DNA of 64,000 nucleotides from a virus, in IMG/VR virus record IMGVR_UViG_3300042197_002762, positions 96,001-160,000 of that record, one strand, 5' to 3'. Of the stretch, positions 21,186 to 31,328 are shown one piece after another. A program made the position numbers and the translations under genes. How positions within the stretch are numbered: the first letter of the stretch is position 1; the number at the start of each line of letters is the position of its first letter. The notes beneath the pieces were generated by a model. That model searched no databases, was not told the origin of the DNA, and was given only the letters and a program-made list of their open reading frames with translations.

Positions 21186-22067
21186 ATGCCAATTCCAAAT
21201 CCAAAAAAGTCAGAAAAACAAGGTGATTTTGTTTCGCGTTGTATGGGAGATGAGACAATGAATAAAGAGTTTCCTGATCAAAAACAACGTGCCGCTGTTT
21301 GTTATTCTCAATTTAAAAAAGCGAATGCTACGCTTGATGCTTCTGAAAGTTTGGAAGAATATAAAAATGATTTTTATGAAATGTCTGTTGGTTCTATCAA
21401 TTCAATTAAAAAACATGCAGAAAATATTTTAGAATCTTTAAATGATCCAATGGTTAAAGATAACTTAACTGAATCTTGGTTACAGGGTAAAATTGCGATT
21501 ACAGAAGATTACATGCTTACTATTCATAATTATGTGATGTTTGTGCAAGAAAACGATGATGAAACAGAAGAGTCCGAAGTAGATGCAGCAGCAGAAGACC
21601 TTACTGTTGATAATCTTTATATTCCAGGGCCTAATGAATATGTAACAGCAGAAGAAGTTGCTTTTGATGAAGCGGATATTCTTGAATACGATATTGCTAA
21701 AGCAAGACCTGGGCTATGGGAAAATATTAGACGTAAAAAACAAAGAGAGGGTAAAAATTATAAACCAGCAAAACCTGGAGACAAAGATCGTCCATCAAAA
21801 GAAGCTTGGAAAAAAGCGCAGGGTTCGGAATATCAAGGTAGAAAAGTAACTCTTAATAAACCCTTTAGAACCCCAGGCGGTCCTAAAAAATTTGCTGTAT
21901 ATGTTAAGAATCAAAGTGGCAATGTTGTTATTGTAAGATTCGGTGATCCGAATATGAAAATAAAGAAAAACATTCCTTCTCGTAGGAAAAGTTTTCGCGC
22001 CCGACACAATTGCTCAAATCCTGGTCCAAAATGGAAAGCCAGATATTGGGCATGCAAAAGTTGGTAA
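21186..22067 (+). CDS. mosaic hypothetical protein with basic C-terminal domain (DUF6321-like)
   Basis: Basic/Cys N-terminal module, acidic middle, C-terminal RFGD..M...RRKSFRARHNC...ARYWACKSW. Confidence 0.5.
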   Translation: MPIPNPKKSEKQGDFVSRCMGDETMNKEFPDQKQRAAVCYSQFKKANATLDASESLEEYKNDFYEMSVGSINSIKKHAENILESLNDPMVKDNLTESWLQGKIAITEDYMLTIHNYVMFVQENDDETEESEVDAAAEDLTVDNLYIPGPNEYVTAEEVAFDEADILEYDIAKARPGLWENIRRKKQREGKNYKPAKPGDKDRPSKEAWKKAQGSEYQGRKVTLNKPFRTPGGPKKFAVYVKNQSGNVVIVRFGDPNMKIKKNIPSRRKSFRARHNCSNPGPKWKARYWACKSW

Positions 22068-22111
22068 ATCTTATTGACTCATAAATAAAAAAGTTCTATC
22101 ATATTGATTAT

Positions 22112-22399
22112 ATGATAGTAACATGGACAGTCGAAGGCGTTGATTGGGCAAAAAAAATCAAAGCTCATATTGATACAGACCCTTCTGAGATTGCCACTCG
22201 TGGTGTCGAAATGGCTTTAGAATCATTAAAAACAGAAGAAGATTCTATTCAATTTGGCGCAATCTTAAGAGTCTTTCATAATAAAATGGAAGATGAAGGA
22301 GAACATTGGATTATGTATGCTCCTAAAATTTTAGCCAATGCTGGTTATTATAAAGATGCAGAAGAGCTTCGAGAAGCTGCGGAAAAAGAATATTTGTGA
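22112..22399 (+). CDS. hypothetical protein
   Basis: Promoter TTGACT-17-TATCAT at 22074-22102. Confidence 0.65.
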   Translation: MIVTWTVEGVDWAKKIKAHIDTDPSEIATRGVEMALESLKTEEDSIQFGAILRVFHNKMEDEGEHWIMYAPKILANAGYYKDAEELREAAEKEYL

Positions 22400-23634
22400 A
22401 TCAAAATCTAACATATCAAGAATATAGAAATATTTTAGAGTCTCTTCTTGAGCATCATGGAATATTTTATCAATTTTGGCGTTTGATAAAACCAGTCTAT
22501 AGCGCATCTGTTCCAACTGCCTGTGTGGGATTTAATAAAGAAGGTAATTGTATTGAATTTTTAATTAATAAAAAATTTTGGGATAAACAAAGCGACCACA
22601 ATAAAAAGTTTATTATTGCACATGAATGTTTACATGTGATTAATTCTCATGGAAAACGTGCTGGAAAAAAAATGTCTAATCTTGCAAATCAAGCAATGGA
22701 CATTGTTGTTAACGAAAGTCTTGTCAAATATTTTAAATTTGATCGTAAAGAAATAGATCCTAAAACAGAATATTATTGGATGAATAATTCATTTGATAAT
22801 GATCCCAATATTCTACCTTGGAATAATTTTGAATATTATTATAACCGTCTTTTAAAAGACGCGAAATTTGTAAAGAATAAACAACTTATTAATGACCATA
22901 GCGGTCTTGGGGATTTTCCTGAACAATCTGTTCAAGAAATAATTAATAATCTTTCCGAAGAAGATGCGGAAAGTCTCAAAAATATTTCTGAAGATGCCGA
23001 AAAAAATGCGCGTAAAAATGATGATAAAAATATTGGTAACGTGCGTGGCGGACTAGTTCAGAAAATTGAAAATAAACCAGTTCAATATAAAAAGAAATGG
23101 GAAAATATTATTCGACGTTTTGAAAAAAAAATGTCAAAAGATGAGGGGTTAGAGTCTCATTGGATAATGAAAGATCGTCGTCTTTATAATTTAAATTTTA
23201 ATATCTTTTTGCCTTCTGACATAGAACAGACTTTAAGAAAAACAGAAAGTGAAAAAGTATCAACTTGGTTTTTTATGGACACAAGTGGTTCATGTTGGGG
23301 ATTAGCCCCACGTTTTTTTCAAGCTGCAAAAAGTCTTGATCCAGAAAAATTTGATGTTAAATATTTTGCTTTTGATACAGAAGTTTATGAAGTAGACTTA
23401 AAAAAACAAAAACTTGATGGAGGCGGTGGTACAAGTTTTCGTTGTATTACAGATTATATTTATAATAATAAAAAAGTTAAACCTTTTGTATGGGTTCTTA
23501 CTGATGGCTGGGGATATGGAGCCAAAATTCCCGAAGATCAAAGAAAAAAATGGAACTGGTTTTTGACAAATGATGGAACGACAGCTTATATCCCACAGGG
23601 CTGCAAGATTCATGAATTAAAAAATTTTGAATAA
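22396..23634 (+). CDS. DUF2201-type metallopeptidase + VWA domain protein
   Basis: HECLH (HExxH), N.AMD..VN, MIDAS DTSGS, GGGGTSF. Confidence 0.85.
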   Translation: MNQNLTYQEYRNILESLLEHHGIFYQFWRLIKPVYSASVPTACVGFNKEGNCIEFLINKKFWDKQSDHNKKFIIAHECLHVINSHGKRAGKKMSNLANQAMDIVVNESLVKYFKFDRKEIDPKTEYYWMNNSFDNDPNILPWNNFEYYYNRLLKDAKFVKNKQLINDHSGLGDFPEQSVQEIINNLSEEDAESLKNISEDAEKNARKNDDKNIGNVRGGLVQKIENKPVQYKKKWENIIRRFEKKMSKDEGLESHWIMKDRRLYNLNFNIFLPSDIEQTLRKTESEKVSTWFFMDTSGSCWGLAPRFFQAAKSLDPEKFDVKYFAFDTEVYEVDLKKQKLDGGGGTSFRCITDYIYNNKKVKPFVWVLTDGWGYGAKIPEDQRKKWNWFLTNDGTTAYIPQGCKIHELKNFE

Positions 23635-23660
23635 TTAAACAACAATATATAATATATAAT

Positions 23661-24098
23661 ATGAATATTCCTAAAGAAAAAGAAGCTTATTTTCAAAAAA
23701 TCGCTCTTAATCTGATTAGAGTCTCCGATGACTTTAAATCAATTTTACAGTCTGAATTTCCTAATATTTATGCAGATATTCAGAGTGCGGCTACAAATCC
23801 AAATTGTGGATGTGTAAACAAAGTCGAAGCAGAACTTTTAAACAATAAAGATAAATCTTTAAATTTGTTAAATAACTTCTTATCGAATAAAGATAATCTT
23901 GAAAAAATTAATGAAGTATTAAGTGTGGATTATGCGGCCTTATCTCCAAAGCCATATTCTGGAAGGATGTTTGTCATTGAAAATACTGAAGAAAAATTTA
24001 AAGAATTCATGGATAGTATAAATAAAGATCGTGCTGTTTTTAGAAATTTTTCTACAGCGATATCTCCAGAAGGTAAATTACATGTTTACTTTTTATAA
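23661..24098 (+). CDS. hypothetical protein with CxC motif
   Basis: NPNCGCVNK. Confidence 0.6.
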   Translation: MNIPKEKEAYFQKIALNLIRVSDDFKSILQSEFPNIYADIQSAATNPNCGCVNKVEAELLNNKDKSLNLLNNFLSNKDNLEKINEVLSVDYAALSPKPYSGRMFVIENTEEKFKEFMDSINKDRAVFRNFSTAISPEGKLHVYFL

Positions 24099-24104
24099 AA
24101 AAAT

Positions 24105-24398
24105 ATGCATTTATTTGATTTATTATATTATATTTGTATAAGTCTAAGTTTCTCCTATATGTGGAGTTTTGCAGATATTTTTGCTCCAGTTCGAAACTTT
24201 GTTGCTAAAATTCCATACGTAAGAAGACCACTATTATGTCCAGAATGCAGTAGTTTTTGGGTAGGTCTATTTGTGTCATTTTTATATAATCCTATTGTTT
24301 TAGATTTAAATTTATTTATTTTAACAAATATTTGTTGTGGGTTAGTCACCCATTTATTTGCCTGTATTTTGTACAAGTCTGTACATAAATTCTTATAA
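24105..24398 (+). CDS. DUF1360-like membrane protein
   Basis: Hydrophobic, L.CPECSSFWVG motif. Confidence 0.65.
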   Translation: MHLFDLLYYICISLSFSYMWSFADIFAPVRNFVAKIPYVRRPLLCPECSSFWVGLFVSFLYNPIVLDLNLFILTNICCGLVTHLFACILYKSVHKFL

Positions 24399-24442
24399 AA
24401 AAGTTTCTTGCTTTATTTATAAAATAGTCATACCATTAATGC

Positions 24443-25474
24443 ATGGCTCAAGATATTAATACAATTAAAAATAAATTAGACCAATATTTTAAAATTGGTA
24501 AAAATGTATTACTTGAGGGGCGTCATGGAACAGGTAAAACAAGTCTTGTTACAGAAATATTTGACAAAAATTGTAAAAATTGGCTTTATTTTTCTGGATC
24601 GACTCTTGATCCATGGGTAGATTTTGTTGGAGTCCCTAAAGAAATTAAAAAAGGTAATGATTATGTTCTTTCATTTGTTCTTCCAGAAAAAATGGCAGAT
24701 GATAAAGTAGAAGCTATTTTTATTGATGAATATAATCGTAGCCATAAAAAAATTCGCAATGCTACAATGGAACTTGTACAGTTTAAAAGTATCAATGGAC
24801 GTAAGTTTCCAAATCTAAAAGTAGTCTGGGCGGCTATTAATCCAAGTGATGATGAAGAAGAGTATGATGTGGAAGAATTAGACGGTGCCCAAACTGATCG
24901 TTTCCAGATTAGAATTAAAGTTCCGTTCATTCCTGACATCGAGTATTTCCAAAATAAATTTGGAAATGATTGGGCTAAATCTGCTCTAGAATGGTGGAAT
25001 GGTATGCCCGATAAAGCTAAGAAGTTAGTATCCCCTCGTAGACTTGATTACGCTCTTGAAATTCATAAAGAAGGTGGAGATGTCTTCGATGTATTACCGA
25101 TAGAAACAAACCCTACTAAATTAATTGCTACGCTTAAACTTGGTAGTCTTGAAGATAAAATTAAAAGCCTTTTTAAACTAAAAGATGCAAAGAAAGCTCA
25201 AAAGTTTTTTGAAGACGAAAATAACTTTCAAGCGGCACTACCGATTATTAAAAGAAAAGCTGATTATATGAAGTTCTTTCTACCCACGATTGATAATGAG
25301 CGTATTACTTCATTGTTTTTTAGTGATGATCATTTTAAAACATTTATTCTTGATCATGCGCCATATTTTAAACCTGCATTAGAAGAAATTTCTAAATTAA
25401 AGTCGGTTAATAAAGATGACATCCGAATGATTAATCATGCACTTAAACAAGTTGGAAATATAACTTATTTTTAA
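24443..25474 (+). CDS. MoxR-like AAA+ ATPase
   Basis: Walker A GRHGTGKT, Walker B FIDEYNR, AAINP, DRF; promoter TTGCTT-17-TACCAT at 24408-24436. Confidence 0.85.
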   Translation: MAQDINTIKNKLDQYFKIGKNVLLEGRHGTGKTSLVTEIFDKNCKNWLYFSGSTLDPWVDFVGVPKEIKKGNDYVLSFVLPEKMADDKVEAIFIDEYNRSHKKIRNATMELVQFKSINGRKFPNLKVVWAAINPSDDEEEYDVEELDGAQTDRFQIRIKVPFIPDIEYFQNKFGNDWAKSALEWWNGMPDKAKKLVSPRRLDYALEIHKEGGDVFDVLPIETNPTKLIATLKLGSLEDKIKSLFKLKDAKKAQKFFEDENNFQAALPIIKRKADYMKFFLPTIDNERITSLFFSDDHFKTFILDHAPYFKPALEEISKLKSVNKDDIRMINHALKQVGNITYF

Positions 25475-25476
25475 TA

Positions 25477-26043
25477 TCAAAAACAACCGCATTCAGAAGG
25501 TTCTCCACAAGTACATTGTATACGCCCACTATATATATCAGTAGTTATTTCTTTTACGTAATAGACTCTTCTATTTCTCTCTACCGTAATAGGGCCAACA
25601 AGTTCTCTTATATATGGAGGAGCCCCAGCAGTTCCTGGATATAATGGGTTACGCCTTGCCCCATACCAATAAAAATCAACACTTAAAGTGTCAATATGAG
25701 AAAAAGTCTCTTCTCTTTCGATTTTTGGTCCACTAGCATGGCTAACGTTAGTAGCCGCAGATACACATGCATATGGTTCTGAATAACTAATATTACAATC
25801 TGGAGATAATGATTGAGTTTGTTCTTTATCCCAATCGGGAGGGTTTACATAAGCATCCGCTGTTTCAAAACTTTCGTACTCCGGCCAAACATTAACTGGA
25901 TCTGGTGGCCAAAAAGTATATATTGGGCGATAGATTATTTCTATTGGATCGCAAGTCACTGTTTCCGCCCAGGCAAAGGCAATAATGCAATTATTACATT
26001 CTTCTTCGCTACTTTGCTGTTTAACTGTATTTGTAGTTCCCAT
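25477..26043 (-). CDS. Cys-rich hypothetical protein (paralog of 36903-37436)
   Basis: Shares DWDK.Q, SVDFYW and C-terminal CTCG.P..CGC. Confidence 0.65.
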   Translation of the reverse strand: MGTTNTVKQQSSEEECNNCIIAFAWAETVTCDPIEIIYRPIYTFWPPDPVNVWPEYESFETADAYVNPPDWDKEQTQSLSPDCNISYSEPYACVSAATNVSHASGPKIEREETFSHIDTLSVDFYWYGARRNPLYPGTAGAPPYIRELVGPITVERNRRVYYVKEITTDIYSGRIQCTCGEPSECGCF

Positions 26044-26047
26044 AATA

Positions 26048-26260
26048 TTAATAATAAAATAATTCTCTATTAAATGCCCAACCAGTCAACATAAAAAGCC
26101 CCATTTGTAAAAATGAGGCCCAACAAAGGGGTGGATCTAATTTAAAACCAAAACCCATACGAGCAGAAAAAAGACAAAAAGAAACCGTTAATAATATCAT
26201 GGCAACAACTAGCATTGAATTAACCATTATTTTAATTGTTTTTTTAGTTTGCTTTTTCAT
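26048..26260 (-). CDS. small two-TM membrane protein
   Basis: Basic N-terminus and two hydrophobic stretches. Confidence 0.55.
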   Translation of the reverse strand: MKKQTKKTIKIMVNSMLVVAMILLTVSFCLFSARMGFGFKLDPPLCWASFLQMGLFMLTGWAFNRELFYY

Positions 26261-26585
26261 TTCGCCTTGATTCCAAAATAGCCACCATTTGTTCTAATTG
26301 TCTTAATCTTATTTCAATAAGTTCTAATGTTTTTGTTTGAGAAATGTCTACTTGATTTTTGATTTCTAACTGTCCAAGAATAAGTTCGATTCTTTGAACT
26401 TTTTCAGAGGTTTTAGAATATTCTGATTTTGTAATAAAATTATTTTGTAAATATAAACTAGCAACCATAAAAGCTAAAATTGCTAATTTCCATATATTAT
26501 CAAAAGAAAAAAAATCTGATAAATGAATGGGCTTTGGGTTATTGTGAGCAATAATTTTTTTTGTATTTTTATTAGAAGTAAGCAT
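26244..26585 (-). CDS. single-TM coiled-coil protein
   Basis: TM segment then heptad-like C-terminus; GTGTAA at 26610-26615. Confidence 0.55.
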   Translation of the reverse strand: MLTSNKNTKKIIAHNNPKPIHLSDFFSFDNIWKLAILAFMVASLYLQNNFITKSEYSKTSEKVQRIELILGQLEIKNQVDISQTKTLELIEIRLRQLEQMVAILESRRNEKAN

Positions 26586-26619
26586 AATAAAGATATAGTA
26601 TATTATATATTACACATAA

Positions 26620-27279
26620 ATGGCTTATATTAATACAGATATTCCTATATTTTCAGCTTATTTAGATACAAGTTTTCTGTATGATAAAGCGCCACGCTCT
26701 ACAAATGAGTATATAATTGTTGAAGTTTTCGGATTTACTTCTTTAAATCGCCGTTGCGCCTTGTTTTCTGTAATGACGGACATGGGCAGTATTCATGCCC
26801 GTGTTCCAATACATTATTTAACAGATATACTGCCAGAAGAAGGGCTTACAAATTTTCCTCTGGATTGGCTTGAATTATGGGATTGTTATTCTCCTTATGT
26901 GACTGTTAATAGGTATGAGTATCTTAAGAATAGCGCTTGTAAAATTTTATTAAAAAATAAAGAATGGCATGATGCTACATACCTAATGACTTTTGATTGG
27001 GCTTACGGACCACATCATCAAACAGGACAAAGTGAAAATCCAGGGGGGCATAAACAAGGGCATCTTTTAATAGGTAAAGGTGGTCAATTCTTTTTCCAAC
27101 CTGGAAATCGCATTGTTTGGCGCGACGGTGGTGCATTCATTGGTAAGGAACTAAAAGGTCATGAAAAATGGAAAGTTTTTAGTAAAGAATTTTCTTGTGA
27201 ACAAACTGGTAGTCGCTGGTTTGCTGGTGATGAAGAATTATATTTTTATCAATTTGAGCCTAATAAAGATAAGTCTTGA
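26620..27279 (+). CDS. conserved phage hypothetical protein
   Basis: 219-aa ORF; LELWDCYS, HKQGH, QPGNRIVW. Confidence 0.6.
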   Translation: MAYINTDIPIFSAYLDTSFLYDKAPRSTNEYIIVEVFGFTSLNRRCALFSVMTDMGSIHARVPIHYLTDILPEEGLTNFPLDWLELWDCYSPYVTVNRYEYLKNSACKILLKNKEWHDATYLMTFDWAYGPHHQTGQSENPGGHKQGHLLIGKGGQFFFQPGNRIVWRDGGAFIGKELKGHEKWKVFSKEFSCEQTGSRWFAGDEELYFYQFEPNKDKS

Positions 27280-27312
27280 ATATTAATTCAATTAATTATA
27301 ATATCTTCAACA

Positions 27313-27936
27313 ATGAATAATACTGTTGAACTAATTGGTTATTACGGTTCTGATGAAATAATTGCTTGTTCAGCCTGGACTTCCACTTCTCGTAATTTAA
27401 CAGAAGAAAAACGTGAGAGAATCGAGGGATTGATTAACATGCTTTGGTCGAATGGTCACGAAACCCCATTTGAAAAAGGTATTGTTCATTTTTTAGTAAA
27501 TACAGATATTGCTACTCATATTCACCTCCTTAAACATCGTATTTCAAGTATTAATGCTGAATCAGCACGTTATAAAGAACTAAAAGAGGATAAATATTAT
27601 GTGCCCGATGACTGGCCTTTTGAATGGATTGAAAAATTAGAGAATTATACAGGACAAGGTCTAAAATTATACCATGAATGTATTGATAACCTTACTAAAC
27701 ATTATGGTATAGACCGTAAACGCGCAAAAGAAACTGCACGATTTTTTCGTGGATATAATACACAAATCGAAGCTGATATTATGTTTAATATGCGTAGTTT
27801 TGCTAATTTTTTAAAATTGCGCGATAGCGAACACGCTCAGAAAGAAATATGTGATATTGCCCAACAAATGGCGCAAGCTGTTAAGTCTATAGAAAATAGA
27901 CCTTTTAAATTTACTTTAAAAGCTTTTGGGTATTAA
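27313..27936 (+). CDS. thyX: flavin-dependent thymidylate synthase
   Basis: GHETPFE, HRISSINAESARY, LRDSEHAQKEI. Confidence 0.92.
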   Translation: MNNTVELIGYYGSDEIIACSAWTSTSRNLTEEKRERIEGLINMLWSNGHETPFEKGIVHFLVNTDIATHIHLLKHRISSINAESARYKELKEDKYYVPDDWPFEWIEKLENYTGQGLKLYHECIDNLTKHYGIDRKRAKETARFFRGYNTQIEADIMFNMRSFANFLKLRDSEHAQKEICDIAQQMAQAVKSIENRPFKFTLKAFGY

Positions 27937-28514
27937 GGAAGGCTAATCTTGACAAGAGCATAGCCATTTTCATCTAAACGGCTTAAGAACTTACCAATAA
28001 CCACAATACCATCTGTCCCGATACGGCCATTTGAGCCAACATAAGCGGCATCCCCAATATCAGGATTACCGCCTCCGCCACCACGATTTGTTGTATCAAT
28101 GTCATTAACAAGAATAAGACCTCTTGTTAATACTGGAACAGCTTGAATATCTTTAATAATAACATCCATTTCGGCGGCTTTACGTGAATTAAAAATTAAT
28201 TTTTCTCCATTTTCATCAAATTCACGGATATCTTTAAGCAATACACCAATAGCGGTAGGAACATCGTCGTGACCTACAACTGGCTCAACTTGACCAACTA
28301 ATTCAAAATTTTGGGTTACCGTATTTGGGTAAGTAGCACCTGGAGCAGAAGCGCCTAAATCTAATGGGCCAGCAGTCTTTTTATCTGTAGCTCCTACTGA
28401 TTTCCAGCTTCTTTTTGGTTTCACAAGAGTTCCTTTATTTGCAATGGCTGTGCATGCAAAAAAGTTTAAAACTTCATGTTCATTATAATCTCTAAATGGA
28501 AGTAAGTTTGGCAT
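27933..28514 (-). CDS. putative capsid decoration/cement-like protein
   Basis: LPFRDY.EH.V, DENGEKLIFN.RKAAEMD, AVPVLTRG resemble head-module proteins of large freshwater phages (from memory, unverified); GTGTAA upstream. Confidence 0.4.
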   Translation of the reverse strand: MPNLLPFRDYNEHEVLNFFACTAIANKGTLVKPKRSWKSVGATDKKTAGPLDLGASAPGATYPNTVTQNFELVGQVEPVVGHDDVPTAIGVLLKDIREFDENGEKLIFNSRKAAEMDVIIKDIQAVPVLTRGLILVNDIDTTNRGGGGGNPDIGDAAYVGSNGRIGTDGIVVIGKFLSRLDENGYALVKISLP

Positions 28515-28557
28515 ATACTCATATTACACTTCGAAAATCAATTTGTCTACTTTTTTT

Positions 28558-29466
28558 TTAAAATAAATTATTTAATTTATTAATATTAATAATACCATGC
28601 CCAAATAAATTATCCTTACCAATAGGTCCATAATCGTCACAACTTTGTGTTAAAATACTTTTTAATTCTTCTATTGTGTATTGCTTATTTTGTTTTTTAG
28701 CCTCTGAAAGAATAATGGCGACAAGACCAGATAAAAATGGAGCCGCAAAACTAGTTCCATTTACAATCGAATATTGATTATTTAAATTAGTTGTTAATAT
28801 ATTTTCCCCAGGTAGCGCAAAATCTGCATTATTACTTCTCGATGAAAAATTCGATATATTTCTATCTTTTCTATACGAGGTAACCCCTATTGTTTCTGTA
28901 TAATCGGCAGGAAAACATGAATAATTTTCACCATAATTACCCATTGCACAAATTACCGGAATATTTAATTTATACAATTCTTTTAATAAATCATGAAAGA
29001 TTTCTCCTTGCGGTGATTTACCACCTAAAGACATATTAACTATATCGGGTTTAATTTCTATTGCATATCGTAGTGAATTTTCTAAACTAATATTATTACC
29101 AAAACCTTTATTGGACAATGTTTTGACTGGAATAATTTTAGAATGAGGTGCGACACCTACCACTCCGAAACCCGAATCTTTTGCGGATATAACTCCAGCT
29201 ACAGAAGTTCCATGACCTTGGTGGTCACTATAATCCTCATTTTTTATAAAACTTCTGGCTTTCTCAAAATCGATATTATCTTTTAAATCTTCATGGTCGG
29301 TGATTCCAGTATCACAAACCATAACGGAAATATTTTCACCTTTATTTTTATTCCATAATTTTGGAACATCGATGTCAATTATACCCCAATCTACAATATC
29401 TGATAAAGTTGCAACGTCACCAGTTTCAATTATTTCATCACCTGGTAATAAATATTTTTTGCTCAC
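28558..29466 (-). CDS. subtilisin-like S8 serine protease
   Basis: Triad CDTG, HGTSVAG, GTSFAAP; GTG start; GTGTAA at 29475-29480. Confidence 0.92.
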   Translation of the reverse strand: MSKKYLLPGDEIIETGDVATLSDIVDWGIIDIDVPKLWNKNKGENISVMVCDTGITDHEDLKDNIDFEKARSFIKNEDYSDHQGHGTSVAGVISAKDSGFGVVGVAPHSKIIPVKTLSNKGFGNNISLENSLRYAIEIKPDIVNMSLGGKSPQGEIFHDLLKELYKLNIPVICAMGNYGENYSCFPADYTETIGVTSYRKDRNISNFSSRSNNADFALPGENILTTNLNNQYSIVNGTSFAAPFLSGLVAIILSEAKKQNKQYTIEELKSILTQSCDDYGPIGKDNLFGHGIININKLNNLF

Positions 29467-29479
29467 ATAAATTATTACA

Positions 29480-30280
29480 CTAAATACCAAGATATTTATT
29501 CATAGAAAATATATTTTTTAAAACAAGTTTATTTGATTTACTACCTTGTAAATGACAGATATTTTTTATATACGCTTCTTTACTAATTACGGCCAAATTT
29601 CTTGTTTGATGTAAATATGATGAAAATTCTTGTTTATAATGTTTTAATAATTGGAATATCCAAACTTGTTCTAACAATAAAGCGGGCATAAATGGCATAA
29701 AATTTAAAGATTCTTTACTGTTTAATTTTTGATTAATGCTTTGTTTATTTTCTATAATAAAATTAATGATCTCTTCGCATATATCTTGTATTAATTTGAA
29801 ATTTTTACCACCAAATAGGGCACAATTATAAGACCTATTTATAAACGATTTTGTATTGCTTGGCCTTAATTCAAAATAATTTTGATATTCTTCTACCAAA
29901 GGATCTAAATGAAATTCATTGTGATAGAAAACAACCTCTTTATTTAAAAAATCTTGATCAAAATTTTTAAACAAAAATATATCATAGTCCATATGAATAA
30001 AAGGCTCGTTTATTCTTAATAAAGAAAATAATTTACCTATACTCCACATTTGGTCAGGTATCTCATTAAATCTATCGTCATTTAATTCATGGTGCTCATT
30101 AAATTTAATATCTTCAAATGATTCCAAAGATTTTTTGTCTCCATAAAAACAGGTTTTGTAACCATGGCTTTGGACTAAAAAATTAGACAATTTTGCCATT
30201 TCTAAATTAATTTTTAACTTTTCATCGTTCATGCCATTTTTGAATCTAGACATATATACGTTACTAAAAACAGTCTTCAT
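29480..30280 (-). CDS. DUF6734-like (glycosyltransferase-like) protein
   Basis: WSIGKL...PFIHMDYDIF DxD motif. Confidence 0.55.
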   Translation of the reverse strand: MKTVFSNVYMSRFKNGMNDEKLKINLEMAKLSNFLVQSHGYKTCFYGDKKSLESFEDIKFNEHHELNDDRFNEIPDQMWSIGKLFSLLRINEPFIHMDYDIFLFKNFDQDFLNKEVVFYHNEFHLDPLVEEYQNYFELRPSNTKSFINRSYNCALFGGKNFKLIQDICEEIINFIIENKQSINQKLNSKESLNFMPFMPALLLEQVWIFQLLKHYKQEFSSYLHQTRNLAVISKEAYIKNICHLQGSKSNKLVLKNIFSMNKYLGI

Positions 30281-30324
30281 ATTTTTATTATACTTATAAG
30301 ATGTATTTACATATAATATTTGTA

Positions 30325-30597
30325 ATGATAAAAGTAGTAAATCATTTATTTGGAAACGATTTAATAAAAAACAATTTTTATTTATCGCAATTCAAGAATA
30401 TTATATTTGATACAGACGATATTGATTTAGTAAAAGTACAGATATATTCACGTTTTATGGAGAATTTTGATATTTATAATGTTCAATTTAAATTTGAGAA
30501 AGTTAAAGATTTACCCACTGATGATGAATTTACCATGTTTATTTCAAAATATCAAATAGCGTGGGATAAATTATATTTAGAAAATATTGAATATTAA
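30325..30597 (+). CDS. hypothetical protein
   Basis: ORF track; start uncertain. Confidence 0.45.
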   Translation: MIKVVNHLFGNDLIKNNFYLSQFKNIIFDTDDIDLVKVQIYSRFMENFDIYNVQFKFEKVKDLPTDDEFTMFISKYQIAWDKLYLENIEY

Positions 30598-30612
30598 ACT
30601 TATATATAGATA

Positions 30613-31101
30613 ATGGATTTACAACAACTTCTAAATATGGAACAGTTAGACGGATTACATCTTGATGTAATGTTTGGGGCTGTACCAAAACGTCTTGTGG
30701 GAGATGTTTCGAAAAAGTTTAATAAACGTAAAACAAAAAATTTGTTTTATATTATTTTCGGAGTTTATTTAAAAGAGTCTAATCAATATATTGTTTTTAC
30801 GAGCGTATTTAAATCTTCAAAGAAAAAGGTTGATGGGCAATGGTTTTCTGAAGTTATGGTAGATTCCGCAGTGTTTGAAGATAAGCAAAAAGTTCTTGAT
30901 TATCTTTATGATTTCATGGACCATTTTGAAGATCACGATAGAATTATTAATGAAGAAATAATGAGTATGGGAATGATGCCAGCAATTGATGCTTTTCATT
31001 ATTTGCTAGTTTGGAATAAAGGTATTTTTGATTATTTCAATGTATTTATTGAGAGCGAAAATAAAAAAAGATCTGGACTTTTTAAGAAATTATTGGGATA
31101 A
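30613..31101 (+). CDS. hypothetical protein
   Basis: 162-aa ORF. Confidence 0.6.
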   Translation: MDLQQLLNMEQLDGLHLDVMFGAVPKRLVGDVSKKFNKRKTKNLFYIIFGVYLKESNQYIVFTSVFKSSKKKVDGQWFSEVMVDSAVFEDKQKVLDYLYDFMDHFEDHDRIINEEIMSMGMMPAIDAFHYLLVWNKGIFDYFNVFIESENKKRSGLFKKLLG

Positions 31102-31109
31102 TATCTATT

Positions 31110-31328
31110 ATGTATTGGCCATCTATGCAAGTATTAAAAAGTAGTGAGCTTTGGAAAAAGCTTGATAAAAAAATGAAATGGACTTTTATGGGAATGTGGA
31201 CCGTTGAAGATTCGCAAATGCATTCCGATCATCCAGAATATAAAGTAGAGCCAAATATGGCTTATCTCAACAAAAGAAAAACAGGTTTTAAACCTCGCCT
31301 ACAAAGAGACGAAGAATCGGAAGATTAA
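31110..31328 (+). CDS. hypothetical protein
   Basis: 72-aa ORF. Confidence 0.5.
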   Translation: MYWPSMQVLKSSELWKKLDKKMKWTFMGMWTVEDSQMHSDHPEYKVEPNMAYLNKRKTGFKPRLQRDEESED

